From Candidatus Binatia bacterium (lineage in GTDB: Bacteria > Desulfobacterota > Binatia > UBA9968 > JAJDTQ01), in assembly GCA_963666515.2 (NCBI GenBank), contig OY762897.2:512001-576000 (forward strand): 64,000 nt of DNA, given 5' to 3'. This document shows, in pieces, positions 19,778 through 28,625 of the stretch. A model generated the notes under the pieces. It did not search any database. It was not told where the DNA came from and saw only the letters and a program-made list of their open reading frames with translations. A program made the position numbers and the translations under genes. Every line of letters starts with the position of its first letter. Within the stretch, counting starts at the first letter, position 1.

Positions 19778-20857
19778 ATGGCGATATTTTTGGGGGAGTT
19801 CGGGCTCCAGTTCGTGCTGCAGGCGGCTTCCTACTACACCACGCGGGAGCTGGTGGAGTTGGCCGAGTTGGGCGCGGAGCGGGGCTTCAAGCAAGTCTGG
19901 CTCAGCGATTCGCTCCGCTACCGCAACGTTTTGAGTGTGGCGACGGCTATTGCCGCCCGCGCGCCTCTGAAGGTCGGCACCGCCATCCTGGTGCCTTACT
20001 TCCGCAACCCCATCGACGTGGCCGATGCCGTGCTGGCCATATCCGAGCTGACCGACGGCCGCGAGATCAGCCTCGGCATCGCCAAGGGTAGCAAGGGCCA
20101 GGTCCCGCAGTACCTGGAGATGCGCAAGCCGTTCCGCGTGGTACGTGAGACCGTGGCCTTTCTCGGCGCGCTGTTCCGCGGCGAGGAAGTTCAGTTCGGC
20201 GAGTACCCCGCGCTGTGCGACTACTTCCACATGAACCCCCGCGGGCACATCGAACTCGTCCGTCCGCCCGCGGCGCCGGTGCGCTTCTACGGCGGCGGCG
20301 TGGGGCCGCGCTTTCTGGCCATCGCGGGCGAGACCATGGAAGGCGTGCTCATGGGCGGGTACTTCATCTCCATGCACAAGCTCGGGCGCCTGGAGCAGGC
20401 CATGGCGGGAGCCGACGACGCTGCGCGTGCGGTGGACCCGGACAAGAAGCTGCGCAAGGTGTGCGAGATCAACCTCGCCGTGTCCGAGGAGCCCGAGGAA
20501 GCCTTGGCTGAGGCCCGGAAGTATGCGGCCCACCACATGGTGAGCCTCCAGGCCCTGGGCTACAGTCCCGATGAGTTCGAGAGCATCGGCATTGACCCCG
20601 ATCGGGTCAACAGCATCCGGGAGGCGCTCCATTCGGGCATGACCATCGAGCAGGCGTCGCGGGAACTGGTGACCGACGCGATGCCGCGCGCGTGCTTCGT
20701 CGCCGGCCGGCCGTCGGACTGCGTGGAGCCCATCCTGGAGCTGGCGGCCGAGGCCGAGCGCCTCGGGTTCGAGCAGATTTCGTTCGCCAAGCTCGGCAGG
20801 GATTACGCTTCGGTGATCCGGTTCCTGAGCGACGAGATCGTTCCCAGGTTGTCGTAA
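19778..20857 (+). CDS. LLM-class flavin/F420-dependent oxidoreductase (Mer-like)
   Basis: AERGFKQVWLSD, GTAILVPY.RNP, ELTDGR..LGI, GPR.L.IAGE. Confidence 0.8.
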   Translation: MAIFLGEFGLQFVLQAASYYTTRELVELAELGAERGFKQVWLSDSLRYRNVLSVATAIAARAPLKVGTAILVPYFRNPIDVADAVLAISELTDGREISLGIAKGSKGQVPQYLEMRKPFRVVRETVAFLGALFRGEEVQFGEYPALCDYFHMNPRGHIELVRPPAAPVRFYGGGVGPRFLAIAGETMEGVLMGGYFISMHKLGRLEQAMAGADDAARAVDPDKKLRKVCEINLAVSEEPEEALAEARKYAAHHMVSLQALGYSPDEFESIGIDPDRVNSIREALHSGMTIEQASRELVTDAMPRACFVAGRPSDCVEPILELAAEAERLGFEQISFAKLGRDYASVIRFLSDEIVPRLS

Positions 20858-20893
20858 GGCCGTATCGGTCCCGGACAAGCACACATCAGTCTC

Positions 20894-22177
20894 TTGGCCA
20901 CCTCGCCCACCGATTCCATTTCCCGGCCTGCGGCCAGGCTCAACCGGGTCTACCCGTGGGTGGTGCTGGGCATCTCGTTCATGACCGTCGCCGCCGCCTT
21001 CGGGTGCCGCGCGGCGTTCGCGCTCTTCTTCGTGGCGGTTCTGGAGGAGTTTCACTGGAGCCGCGGGTTGGCCGCCGGCGCGCTTACCCTGGGCTCGGTG
21101 GCGTGGACCGTTTCCGCGCCTGCGTGGGGGCAGATGCTGGACCGACTCGGCCCCAGGTTCGTGTTCCCGGCGGGCGCCGGCCTCATGGCGGCGGGATTTG
21201 CCGTCAGCGCCATGACCCATACCGTCTGGCACTACTACCTGGGCATGGGACTTCTGGTGGGACTCGGTTTCGCCGCCCTGCCCATGACCTCGCAGGCCAC
21301 GGTCATCAGCAACTGGTTCGTTCGCAAGCGCGGCATGGCCATGGGCCTTGCGGCTTCGGGCATCGGCGTCGGGATCTTCCTGGTGGTGCCGGCCGCGGAG
21401 TGGCTGATCGACGCGTTGGGCTGGCGCAACGCCTATCTGGTGCTGGCCTGCGTGATGCTGGCCGCGGTGGTGCCGCTCAACCTGTTCCTCCAGCGGCGGC
21501 GGCCGCAGGACATGGGATTGCTGCCGGATTTCGGCGCCACTGCGCCTGCGGAGGGCGGAGGTCCGCGCCGGGCGCCGGAAGACGGCATGACTCTCGCCGC
21601 GGCGCTCCGCAACTACCGGTTCTGGGCGCTGTGCGGTGGGTTCGTGTTCGGCGCCATCCCCGTGCACATGGTGCTGGTGCACCAGGTGGCCGCCATGGTG
21701 GACGCGGGACTTTCGCGGGAGTTCGGCGCCTGGGTGCTGGGCCTCACCGGGTTCTTCACCACCTTCACCATGATCGGCATGGGGACGCTCTCGGACCGGA
21801 TCGGCAGCGAGCGGGCCTACACCATCGGCAGCCTGGCCCTGGTGGGCGGCATCCTGATGATCCTGTATCTCGACGGGATGTCGGAGGTCCTGGTGGCGTC
21901 CCTGTACCCGCCGCTGTTCGCCGTGGGTTTCGGGTCGCGCCAGGGGCTCTATCCGACCATCGCCGCGGACATCTTTCATGGCGAGCATTTCGGCTCGATC
22001 ATCGGCTTTTTGGCTTTCAGCATCGGAATGGGCGCGGGCGTCGGCCCTTGGCTGGCGGGCTACCTCCACGACGTTTCGGGCAGCTATGCCAGCTCGTGCT
22101 GGATCGGTATCGTCCTGTGTGTGCTATCGTTGGCGTGCATCTGGATCGTAGCCCCGAGCAAGGGGGCGGATGCCTGA
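20894..22177 (+). CDS. MFS transporter (OFA/YbfB-like)
   Basis: About 12 TM segments, G.MLDRLGPR, WF.RKRGMAMG, GTLSDRIG. Confidence 0.9.
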   Translation: MATSPTDSISRPAARLNRVYPWVVLGISFMTVAAAFGCRAAFALFFVAVLEEFHWSRGLAAGALTLGSVAWTVSAPAWGQMLDRLGPRFVFPAGAGLMAAGFAVSAMTHTVWHYYLGMGLLVGLGFAALPMTSQATVISNWFVRKRGMAMGLAASGIGVGIFLVVPAAEWLIDALGWRNAYLVLACVMLAAVVPLNLFLQRRRPQDMGLLPDFGATAPAEGGGPRRAPEDGMTLAAALRNYRFWALCGGFVFGAIPVHMVLVHQVAAMVDAGLSREFGAWVLGLTGFFTTFTMIGMGTLSDRIGSERAYTIGSLALVGGILMILYLDGMSEVLVASLYPPLFAVGFGSRQGLYPTIAADIFHGEHFGSIIGFLAFSIGMGAGVGPWLAGYLHDVSGSYASSCWIGIVLCVLSLACIWIVAPSKGADA

Positions 22178-22224
22178 CGGGCCGTGACATGCAGATCGAG
22201 CCCCATAGTGTTTAGGGAGACCCC

Positions 22225-23205
22225 ATGGCGAAGACGCTGATCATCGACGCGCACCATCACTGGATGCCCGAGGAACACTACCGGAACCCGGAACCGCTGA
22301 TCCGCGCCGGCGAGACCGTGGTGCGGCGGCCGGACCGTCTCGCCATCCGCCGGGAAGGCGTGCAGCTTTTCGGACCGCCCGCCATGACCGCGGACATGGC
22401 CGCGCAGATCGACGAGATGGACCGGGTGGGGATCGACCGCGCCGTGCTCCACGTCGGCTGCTGGGTGGACTGGATCGACGTCCCCGCGGCGCGCTTCATC
22501 AACGACGAGATGGCCAGGCTCACCGAGCGGTTTCCCGGCCGCATCATCCCGCTGGCCCACGTGCCCGCGCTGGAGGCCGGAGGCCGCCGGGAGCTCAAGC
22601 GCGCGGTGCTGAAGCTCGGCTTCCGCGGCGTCGGCATCAACACGCACATTCAAGGCGCCCTGCTGGACGACAAACGTTACCATCCGTTCTACCGCCTGGT
22701 CTCCGACCTGGACATCCCCATCTTCGTGCACCCGTCCTCGGAGCTGCCGCTGGCCCACCCCCACGGCATGGAGCAGTTCAACCTGACTCGCAACCTCGGC
22801 CGCGCCATGGACAACACCATCAACATCGTGCGTCTCATGCTGAGCGGCACGCTGGAGAAGTTTCCGAAGCTCCGCTTCGTCTTCACCCACCTGGGCGGCG
22901 CCTGGTTCGCGCTCCGCAACCGCCTGAACCCGTCCTTCTGGGACAAGCGCGAGCAGGGCTACTTCGACAAGTTCCGCGACCGCATCTTCATCGACACCGC
23001 GCCCCCGTTCTGGCGTCCGGGCGAGATCCGTTTCGCCATGGACATGGTGGGTGAGGACCAGGTGCTCATGGGCAGCGATTTCCCCACCATCGACCGGCTC
23101 GGCGACGCGGTCGCCATCGTGAAGGCGGTCAAGGTCAACGCCGCGGTGAAGGGTAAGTTGTTGGGCGGGAACGTGGCCAGACTGTTCCCGGAGAACGGCT
23201 GCTGA
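22225..23205 (+). CDS. Amidohydrolase-2 family protein (ACMSD-like)
   Basis: IIDAHHH, IFVHP, THLGG, MGSDFP. Confidence 0.9.
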   Translation: MAKTLIIDAHHHWMPEEHYRNPEPLIRAGETVVRRPDRLAIRREGVQLFGPPAMTADMAAQIDEMDRVGIDRAVLHVGCWVDWIDVPAARFINDEMARLTERFPGRIIPLAHVPALEAGGRRELKRAVLKLGFRGVGINTHIQGALLDDKRYHPFYRLVSDLDIPIFVHPSSELPLAHPHGMEQFNLTRNLGRAMDNTINIVRLMLSGTLEKFPKLRFVFTHLGGAWFALRNRLNPSFWDKREQGYFDKFRDRIFIDTAPPFWRPGEIRFAMDMVGEDQVLMGSDFPTIDRLGDAVAIVKAVKVNAAVKGKLLGGNVARLFPENGC

Positions 23206-23227
23206 GGGCAGGGGAGGGGAGCCCGCC

Positions 23228-23992
23228 GTGAAGGTACTGATGTGCCCGCCGCTCCACTACCAGCCCGCCGAGGGCGAGGACACATCCACGGTCATGGCTG
23301 AGTGGCGCGGCCTCTACCGCCTCCTGCGCGACGAGCTGGACGTGCAGGTGGATCTGCTGGAGCCCAGGCCCGACATGCCCACGCTCGTGCTGGCCGCGAG
23401 CGGCGGTTTCGTCTGGGAGGACTCCTTCATCGCAAGCCGGTTTCGGGAAAACTCAGGGCGACCCGAAGCCGAAGCGTGGGAGAACTTCTTTCTGGTGCGG
23501 GGCTACGCCACGCCCGGGCTCCCGGAAGGCTGTTGCTTCGAAGGCGAGCGGGATCTGGTGGTCGTGGGTGGGACGATGTTCGCGGGATATCGCTCCGACG
23601 ACGACTTGGCCGCTTACGCAGCCGTCGCCAAGGTCCTCGGTGGCGAGGTCCACTCCCTTCGCCTGTCCGACGCCTGGGACTGGTCCCTCGACACGTGTCT
23701 GTGCCCCTTAGGCGACGGCAGTGCCCTGTTCCATCCGGACGCCTTCGACCCGAGCGCGCACAAGGCGCTCCACGACCACGTGCCCCGGCTCCATCCCGTC
23801 GATGCGGATGATGCGCGGCGTCTGGGATGCAACGCGCTGGTCACAGGCCGGAACGCAGTCCTGCCGGAGGGTTGCCCAGAGACCGCCGCCCACCTGGAGG
23901 AGGCTGGCTTCCAGGTCCACAGCACGCCGCTCCGCTCCTATGCCCGGCACGGAACCGGGCCGAAAGCCCTGGTCCTCAAGATCGCCGGCTGA
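23228..23992 (+). CDS. Amidinotransferase/DDAH (pentein) family protein, catalytic residues apparently altered
   Basis: LMCPP, FEGERD, LDTCLCPL, GCNA; the C-terminal GTGPKAL lacks the usual Cys. Confidence 0.7.
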   Translation: MKVLMCPPLHYQPAEGEDTSTVMAEWRGLYRLLRDELDVQVDLLEPRPDMPTLVLAASGGFVWEDSFIASRFRENSGRPEAEAWENFFLVRGYATPGLPEGCCFEGERDLVVVGGTMFAGYRSDDDLAAYAAVAKVLGGEVHSLRLSDAWDWSLDTCLCPLGDGSALFHPDAFDPSAHKALHDHVPRLHPVDADDARRLGCNALVTGRNAVLPEGCPETAAHLEEAGFQVHSTPLRSYARHGTGPKALVLKIAG

Positions 23993-24051
23993 CCCGCCCG
24001 CTGCTTGCTCCGGCTCTTGCCCGCCTGCCGGGCCCCCGCAATACAACTTTG

Positions 24052-24152
24052 ACTTGCGTTGGCACAACGCTATATACTTGCAATCGATCCTCACGATGTA
24101 CTTGCAATTGCACAGCATTAAATACTTGTATTAGCACTACGCAATAAACTTG
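24052..24152 (+). repeat. Five ACTTG motifs at exact 24-bp spacing upstream of the Fic gene
   Basis: ACTTG starts at 24052, 24076, 24100, 24124 and 24148 in an AT-rich tract; two copies extend to TACTTGCAAT. Confidence 0.75.
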
Positions 24153-24171
24153 TGAAAGCGCGGACAAGAAG

Positions 24172-25719
24172 ATGAGCACGCCACACGATAAACTTGCCGC
24201 CTCGCTCGCGCAACTCGAAGAACTACAGAGGGGAGGAAGACGCGTCTTCCGCTCCAACGAGTTGACGCGCGTTCATCGTGAGCGCCTGGTGCGGAACGGC
24301 TTTCTCCGCGAGGTCCTGAAAGGATGGCTGATTTCATCCAGCCCGGGCACCGACTCCGGAGATACGACGCCTTGGTTCGCCTCCTTCTGGGAGTTCTGCA
24401 CCCGTTACTGCAACGCACGGTTTGCTGACCAGTGGCATCTCTCGCCGGAGGAATCGCTGCTCCTGCATGCCGAAAGCACCGTCATCCCCAATCAGCTCAT
24501 CGTCTATGCGCCAAAAGGCGCCAACAACGCGGTCGAGCTTCTTTTCGGCGCCTCCCTTTACGACCTGAAGCAAAGGCAGATGCCGCCGGAGGCCGACCTT
24601 TGCGAAAAGGACGGGCTCCGGCTCTTCAAGCCGGAAGCGGCGCTGGTCAAGGTCTCGGAAGGCTTCTTTGCCCGCAACCCGGTTGAAGCGCAGGTGGTGC
24701 TCGCCGGCATTCGTGACGCATCCGACCTGCTTCGCCGGCTTCTGGAAGGCGGCCATTCGGCCATTGCCGGACGGCTTGCCGGAGCCTTCCGCCGAATCGG
24801 ACGGGCCGAACCGGCCGACGACATTCTCCGGGTGATGAAGGCCGCCGGCTACGATGCGCGTGAGAGCGATCCGTTCGTGCCGCAACAGACATTCGGGGTG
24901 TTGAGCCATGTCGCGGCGCCCATCGTGGGGCGCCTGCAAGCCATGTGGGAAGCCTCCCGGCGGCCGGTGATCGCGGCATTCCCGGATCCCCCCGGCTTGC
25001 CGCGGGACCGGAACGCCTATCTGCGGGCGGTGGACGGAATCTATCGGAGCGATGCCTACCACTCCTTGTCGATTGAAGGCTATCGCGTGACCGCCGACTT
25101 GGTCGAACGGGTTCGTCTCGGCAACTGGAGCCCGGAAATCCACGAGGCCGACCGGCAGAGCCGCGACGCCCTGGCTGCGCGGGGCTACTGGCAGGCGTTC
25201 CAGCTTGTCAGGGAGACGGTCGGCGAAGTTGTCGCCGGCGGCGACCCGGGCCGACTTGTCCGCGCGGCGCACCGGAACTGGTACCTTGAACTATTCCAGC
25301 CCTTCGTGGCCGCCGGTCTGATCGCAACGTCGGCCCTCGCCGGTTACCGCGACAGCGCCTTGTTCCTGCGCAGGTCCGGTCACGTACCGCCCCGCTGGGA
25401 GACGGTCCGCGATGCCATGCCCGCCTTGTTCGAGTTGCTGGAAAACGAAACCGAGCCGTCAGCGCGCGCCGTGCTCGGCCACTGGCTGTTCGGCTACATC
25501 CATCCCTATCCGGATGGAAACGGCCGCATGGCCCGTTTCCTCATGAACGTCATGCTGGCGTCCGGCGGCTATCCGTGGACGGTAATCAGGGTCGAGGACA
25601 GGGACGATTATCTCGCGGCACTCGACGCGGCCAGCGTCAGGATGGATATCGAACCGTTCGCCGGCTTCGTGGCGCAGCGGGTCCGTATCGCGAGCAGGAT
25701 CGCCGAGGTCGCGGGTTGA
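24172..25719 (+). CDS. Fic family protein with long N-terminal domain
   Basis: Canonical Fic motif HPYPDGNGRMAR; YHSLSIEG. Confidence 0.9.
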   Translation: MSTPHDKLAASLAQLEELQRGGRRVFRSNELTRVHRERLVRNGFLREVLKGWLISSSPGTDSGDTTPWFASFWEFCTRYCNARFADQWHLSPEESLLLHAESTVIPNQLIVYAPKGANNAVELLFGASLYDLKQRQMPPEADLCEKDGLRLFKPEAALVKVSEGFFARNPVEAQVVLAGIRDASDLLRRLLEGGHSAIAGRLAGAFRRIGRAEPADDILRVMKAAGYDARESDPFVPQQTFGVLSHVAAPIVGRLQAMWEASRRPVIAAFPDPPGLPRDRNAYLRAVDGIYRSDAYHSLSIEGYRVTADLVERVRLGNWSPEIHEADRQSRDALAARGYWQAFQLVRETVGEVVAGGDPGRLVRAAHRNWYLELFQPFVAAGLIATSALAGYRDSALFLRRSGHVPPRWETVRDAMPALFELLENETEPSARAVLGHWLFGYIHPYPDGNGRMARFLMNVMLASGGYPWTVIRVEDRDDYLAALDAASVRMDIEPFAGFVAQRVRIASRIAEVAG

Positions 25720-25728
25720 TAGACGGTA

Positions 25729-26019
25729 TCAGGCCGCGGGTGATAGCCGCTCGACCTTGATTTCGTCGGCATGCTTCATCGCTTGCGCCAAGTCGTAGGC
25801 AGCCTGGAGCCGCAGCCAAGTATCGGCGCCGCCCCCGAATGCCTTGTCGAGCCGGATTGCCATTTCAGGCGAGATGCCCGCGTGACAGTTCACGATGTCG
25901 GAAAGCTGCTTGCGGCTGACGCCCAAGCGCTTGGCCGCTTCCGTGACGTTCAGCCCCAAAGGCTCCAGGCAATCGTGCCGCACCGAGAGACCTGGATGCG
26001 GTGGGTTCTTCATCGGCAT
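25729..26019 (-). CDS. higA: HigA family antitoxin (HTH)
   Basis: [36 protein letters not shown]. Confidence 0.92.
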   Translation of the reverse strand: MPMKNPPHPGLSVRHDCLEPLGLNVTEAAKRLGVSRKQLSDIVNCHAGISPEMAIRLDKAFGGGADTWLRLQAAYDLAQAMKHADEIKVERLSPAA

Positions 26020-26031
26020 AGCTCATTCCTC

Positions 26032-26310
26032 CTAGTGGTAGTCGATCAGGTCCACGTCGCTGGCGTGTCCGCCTTCAAAGCGGAAGGTTACACGCCAATT
26101 GCCGGACACCGTGACCGACCAGAAACCTGCAAGATCTCCCTTGAGGGGGTGCAACCGGAAGCCTGGCAGGTCCATGTTGCCGATCTCGGACGCCTCTTCA
26201 AGGCGTGCGAGTATGCGTCCGATCTTGTCGGCGTAGTCCGATTGTACCTTCCGCCGGTCTCCCTTCTCGAACAGGAGCTTGAGACCCTTGTGGCGGAAGC
26301 TTCGTATCAT
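26032..26310 (-). CDS. higB: HigB (RelE/ParE superfamily) toxin
   Basis: MIRSFRHKGL, LHPLKGD..GFWSV.VSGNWR.TFRF, DYH; toxin upstream of antitoxin. Confidence 0.92.
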   Translation of the reverse strand: MIRSFRHKGLKLLFEKGDRRKVQSDYADKIGRILARLEEASEIGNMDLPGFRLHPLKGDLAGFWSVTVSGNWRVTFRFEGGHASDVDLIDYH

Positions 26311-26604
26311 TTGCCAAGTGTAACCACCCACCTATCATTTCTCAAGAGGCCGACAAGCCTTCTTTATCATCGTAGCCGGGTGGCGTGGCACAAGACAACA
26401 TGAGTGGATAAATCTACTGTTATTCCGCGCGCAGCCGAGATCGGCACCCTCGCCAGGACCGGCGCCAAACGCATTGTCAGCAGGATCGCCGAGGTCAGGT
26501 TGATGGACAGCTCACAAGAGCCTGCTCACCATCTCGGCCGCCGGTCCCTGACTCGCATGCAGACAACACTTGCCCATTATTGCCAATGCCGGTAGCGTTG
26601 CACC

Positions 26605-26844
26605 ATGACCACAATGAACATATCGCTGTCCGATGCCCTCAAGTCCTTCGTGGACGATCAGGTCCGGGCGGGCGGTTACAGCAGTTCGAGCGAATTCGTC
26701 CGGGAACTGATCCGCAAGGAACGGGCCCGCCAGCACCTTCGCGGCCTGCTCCTCGAAGGCCCGGCCTCGCCGCCCGCGGTCACGGCCGATGTCGACTATT
26801 TCGACGAGCTGCGCGGCCGGGTCCGCGATGTCGGCCGGCGGTGA
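26605..26844 (+). CDS. parD: ParD-like ribbon-helix-helix antitoxin (orphan)
   Basis: MTTMNISL.D.LKSFVD.QV..GGYSSSSEFVRELIR..LLLEG. Confidence 0.85.
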   Translation: MTTMNISLSDALKSFVDDQVRAGGYSSSSEFVRELIRKERARQHLRGLLLEGPASPPAVTADVDYFDELRGRVRDVGRR

Positions 26845-26905
26845 ACGCAAGCCGGTCGTCCTAATCGTTTTTCCGCAACGCGTTTCACATTGGCATGGTG
26901 GGCAG

Positions 26906-27460
26906 TCACGTCGGTCGCGATATACGCGTCCAATATTCTTGACAGGCGAACCTCAGCGACGGAGGTGAGGGTTCGCGTAGTCGTCTTTCCTGACACATCT
27001 TGACAAGAGACTCGACATGAAAGCGGCAATCGCGCTCGCGCTCAAGGCGAGGGTAGTTGCCTTTGTCTTCGTCTACGGTTTCGCCGTTCAAATATGCCAA
27101 CCACGTCTCGATGTTCCAGGTCGGCACGAACACGGCAACATGATCGCCGTTGTCTCTTGGCGACTCCGACGCTTGGCCGCATGCATCATCGAGCGCCGTC
27201 AACCGGGCCCCAACGCCGGCTGCGTCGCCGTCCAGCATGACCACAAGCTTGCAGCCTACTCGGTTTCTGTTTCTGCGATATGCCTCAAGCTCCTTCGGGA
27301 ATTCCTCTCGGACGAATTGTTCGGCCGAGCCCTTGGCCAACGGTGAACGCTTGACTCTGAATTGACGCCCTTTCCAGCCCATGGATGTGAAAAAACGTCT
27401 CAGAAAGGCTTCATGCTGTTGATCTTCACAAAGCAAGACGAGCTGGACTTGACGTCTCAT
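26906..27460 (-). CDS. TOPRIM-like (DUF4276-type) protein, partner of the ABC ATPase
   Basis: LLCEDQQHE and VMLDGD acidic motifs, PTWNIETWL; ATGA overlap with the ATPase stop. Confidence 0.65.
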   Translation of the reverse strand: MRRQVQLVLLCEDQQHEAFLRRFFTSMGWKGRQFRVKRSPLAKGSAEQFVREEFPKELEAYRRNRNRVGCKLVVMLDGDAAGVGARLTALDDACGQASESPRDNGDHVAVFVPTWNIETWLAYLNGETVDEDKGNYPRLERERDCRFHVESLVKMCQERRLREPSPPSLRFACQEYWTRISRPT

Positions 27461-28575
27461 CGATCCCACCCGCGTGCCACGATCTCCGACAATTTCAAAC
27501 CCCCTTCAGTTGTCAGAGTCATGTCCGCGACCCTCGTTGCACTGGTTATGCCGGATGGTTCGCGAGACAATGAGATACCACTGGACAATCCCAGGTAGTC
27601 GATCAGTTCCGGGTGATGTGAACAGACAACCGCCTGGGGTATGGCGTCGCCACAGCGGACGGAAAGTTCGGCCAGCCAAGGCTCAATCTCGGACAGCGCC
27701 ACATAGTTCTCCGGTTCGTCCAGAAAAAGGGTGTAGCCCATGCCGGCCGAGATATGGATCAGTGAATAGAGCGCCACTAGCGCACGCTGGCCGTCCGAAA
27801 TTTCATCCAGTCCCAGCTCATATAGGCGGCCGTTCTCGTAGAAGTCCATTGTGAAGGCGCGGGTGTTCTGGCCGACTTTTTGCATGCGTATTCCATCGAA
27901 CCCGTCGATAACGTCTTCCAAGGACTTTCGCAATTGTCCTACCTGTTCGGGGTCTTCCAGTTGGAAGTGCTGATACCACGAACTGAAGTTATGCCCGTCC
28001 CTAGCCAGCATAACGTCATGCCTTCTAGTCTCGTGCTCGAAACCCGCCGGATACAACCCGCAAACAAGGACGTAGCGCATGAAGTCGAGGAATTGAGTCA
28101 GCCTCGTGTTGTCGTCGTGGGGGACGACGCGGGCTAACGCGGACTCTGTCCTATCTGCGGGGAAAGTGGGGCCTGGCGAGTAATCGTCTCGATAAAGACG
28201 AACGTTGCCTCCTTTGAATTCGAACAACGGCCGCCCGTCGGAATCCGAAAGCGATTCGTTGGCAATTAGCGATAGATGGTTTGTCGTGTCTTGCTCGATC
28301 TCAAGTCTATAGAGCAGGGTGCCACCAAGGAGTTCGGCCTCGACTTCAAAAACCTGAAGCTCCTCTGTTTGCCAAGCGGTCAGGGTGCGTGTGGGAAATA
28401 CGTCGGGATCGGCGATCCTGGCTTTGCCGCTCAATAGTTCGCGGAGTGCGTAGACAACCTCCAAAACGGACGTTTTGCCGGTGCCGTTCCGGCCGAGCAG
28501 CAGCGTCAGGTCCTGGAACGCCAAGTTGAAGTTTACGAGGCACTTGTAGTTGTTCACATAGAGGCGCTTGAACAT
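27457..28575 (-). CDS. ABC/AAA_21-type ATPase
   Basis: VNNYKC, GRNGTGKTS Walker A, ISDGQR, LFLDEPEN, CSHHP; lower GC than flanks. Confidence 0.88.
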   Translation of the reverse strand: MFKRLYVNNYKCLVNFNLAFQDLTLLLGRNGTGKTSVLEVVYALRELLSGKARIADPDVFPTRTLTAWQTEELQVFEVEAELLGGTLLYRLEIEQDTTNHLSLIANESLSDSDGRPLFEFKGGNVRLYRDDYSPGPTFPADRTESALARVVPHDDNTRLTQFLDFMRYVLVCGLYPAGFEHETRRHDVMLARDGHNFSSWYQHFQLEDPEQVGQLRKSLEDVIDGFDGIRMQKVGQNTRAFTMDFYENGRLYELGLDEISDGQRALVALYSLIHISAGMGYTLFLDEPENYVALSEIEPWLAELSVRCGDAIPQAVVCSHHPELIDYLGLSSGISLSREPSGITSATRVADMTLTTEGGLKLSEIVARGWDR

Positions 28576-28625
28576 AGTAGCCTCCGCGCAACCAAACTCG
28601 TGCAGAATCCCTCTGCGTCTTCTTC

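Noticed and set aside
24052-24152. Possible degenerate CRISPR array
   Set aside because: The conserved unit is only 5-10 bp with a 24-bp period and there are no cas genes; kept as an operator-like array
26512-26530. agagcctgctca resembling an IS5-family terminal repeat
   Set aside because: No partner inverted repeat or transposase remnant recognisable
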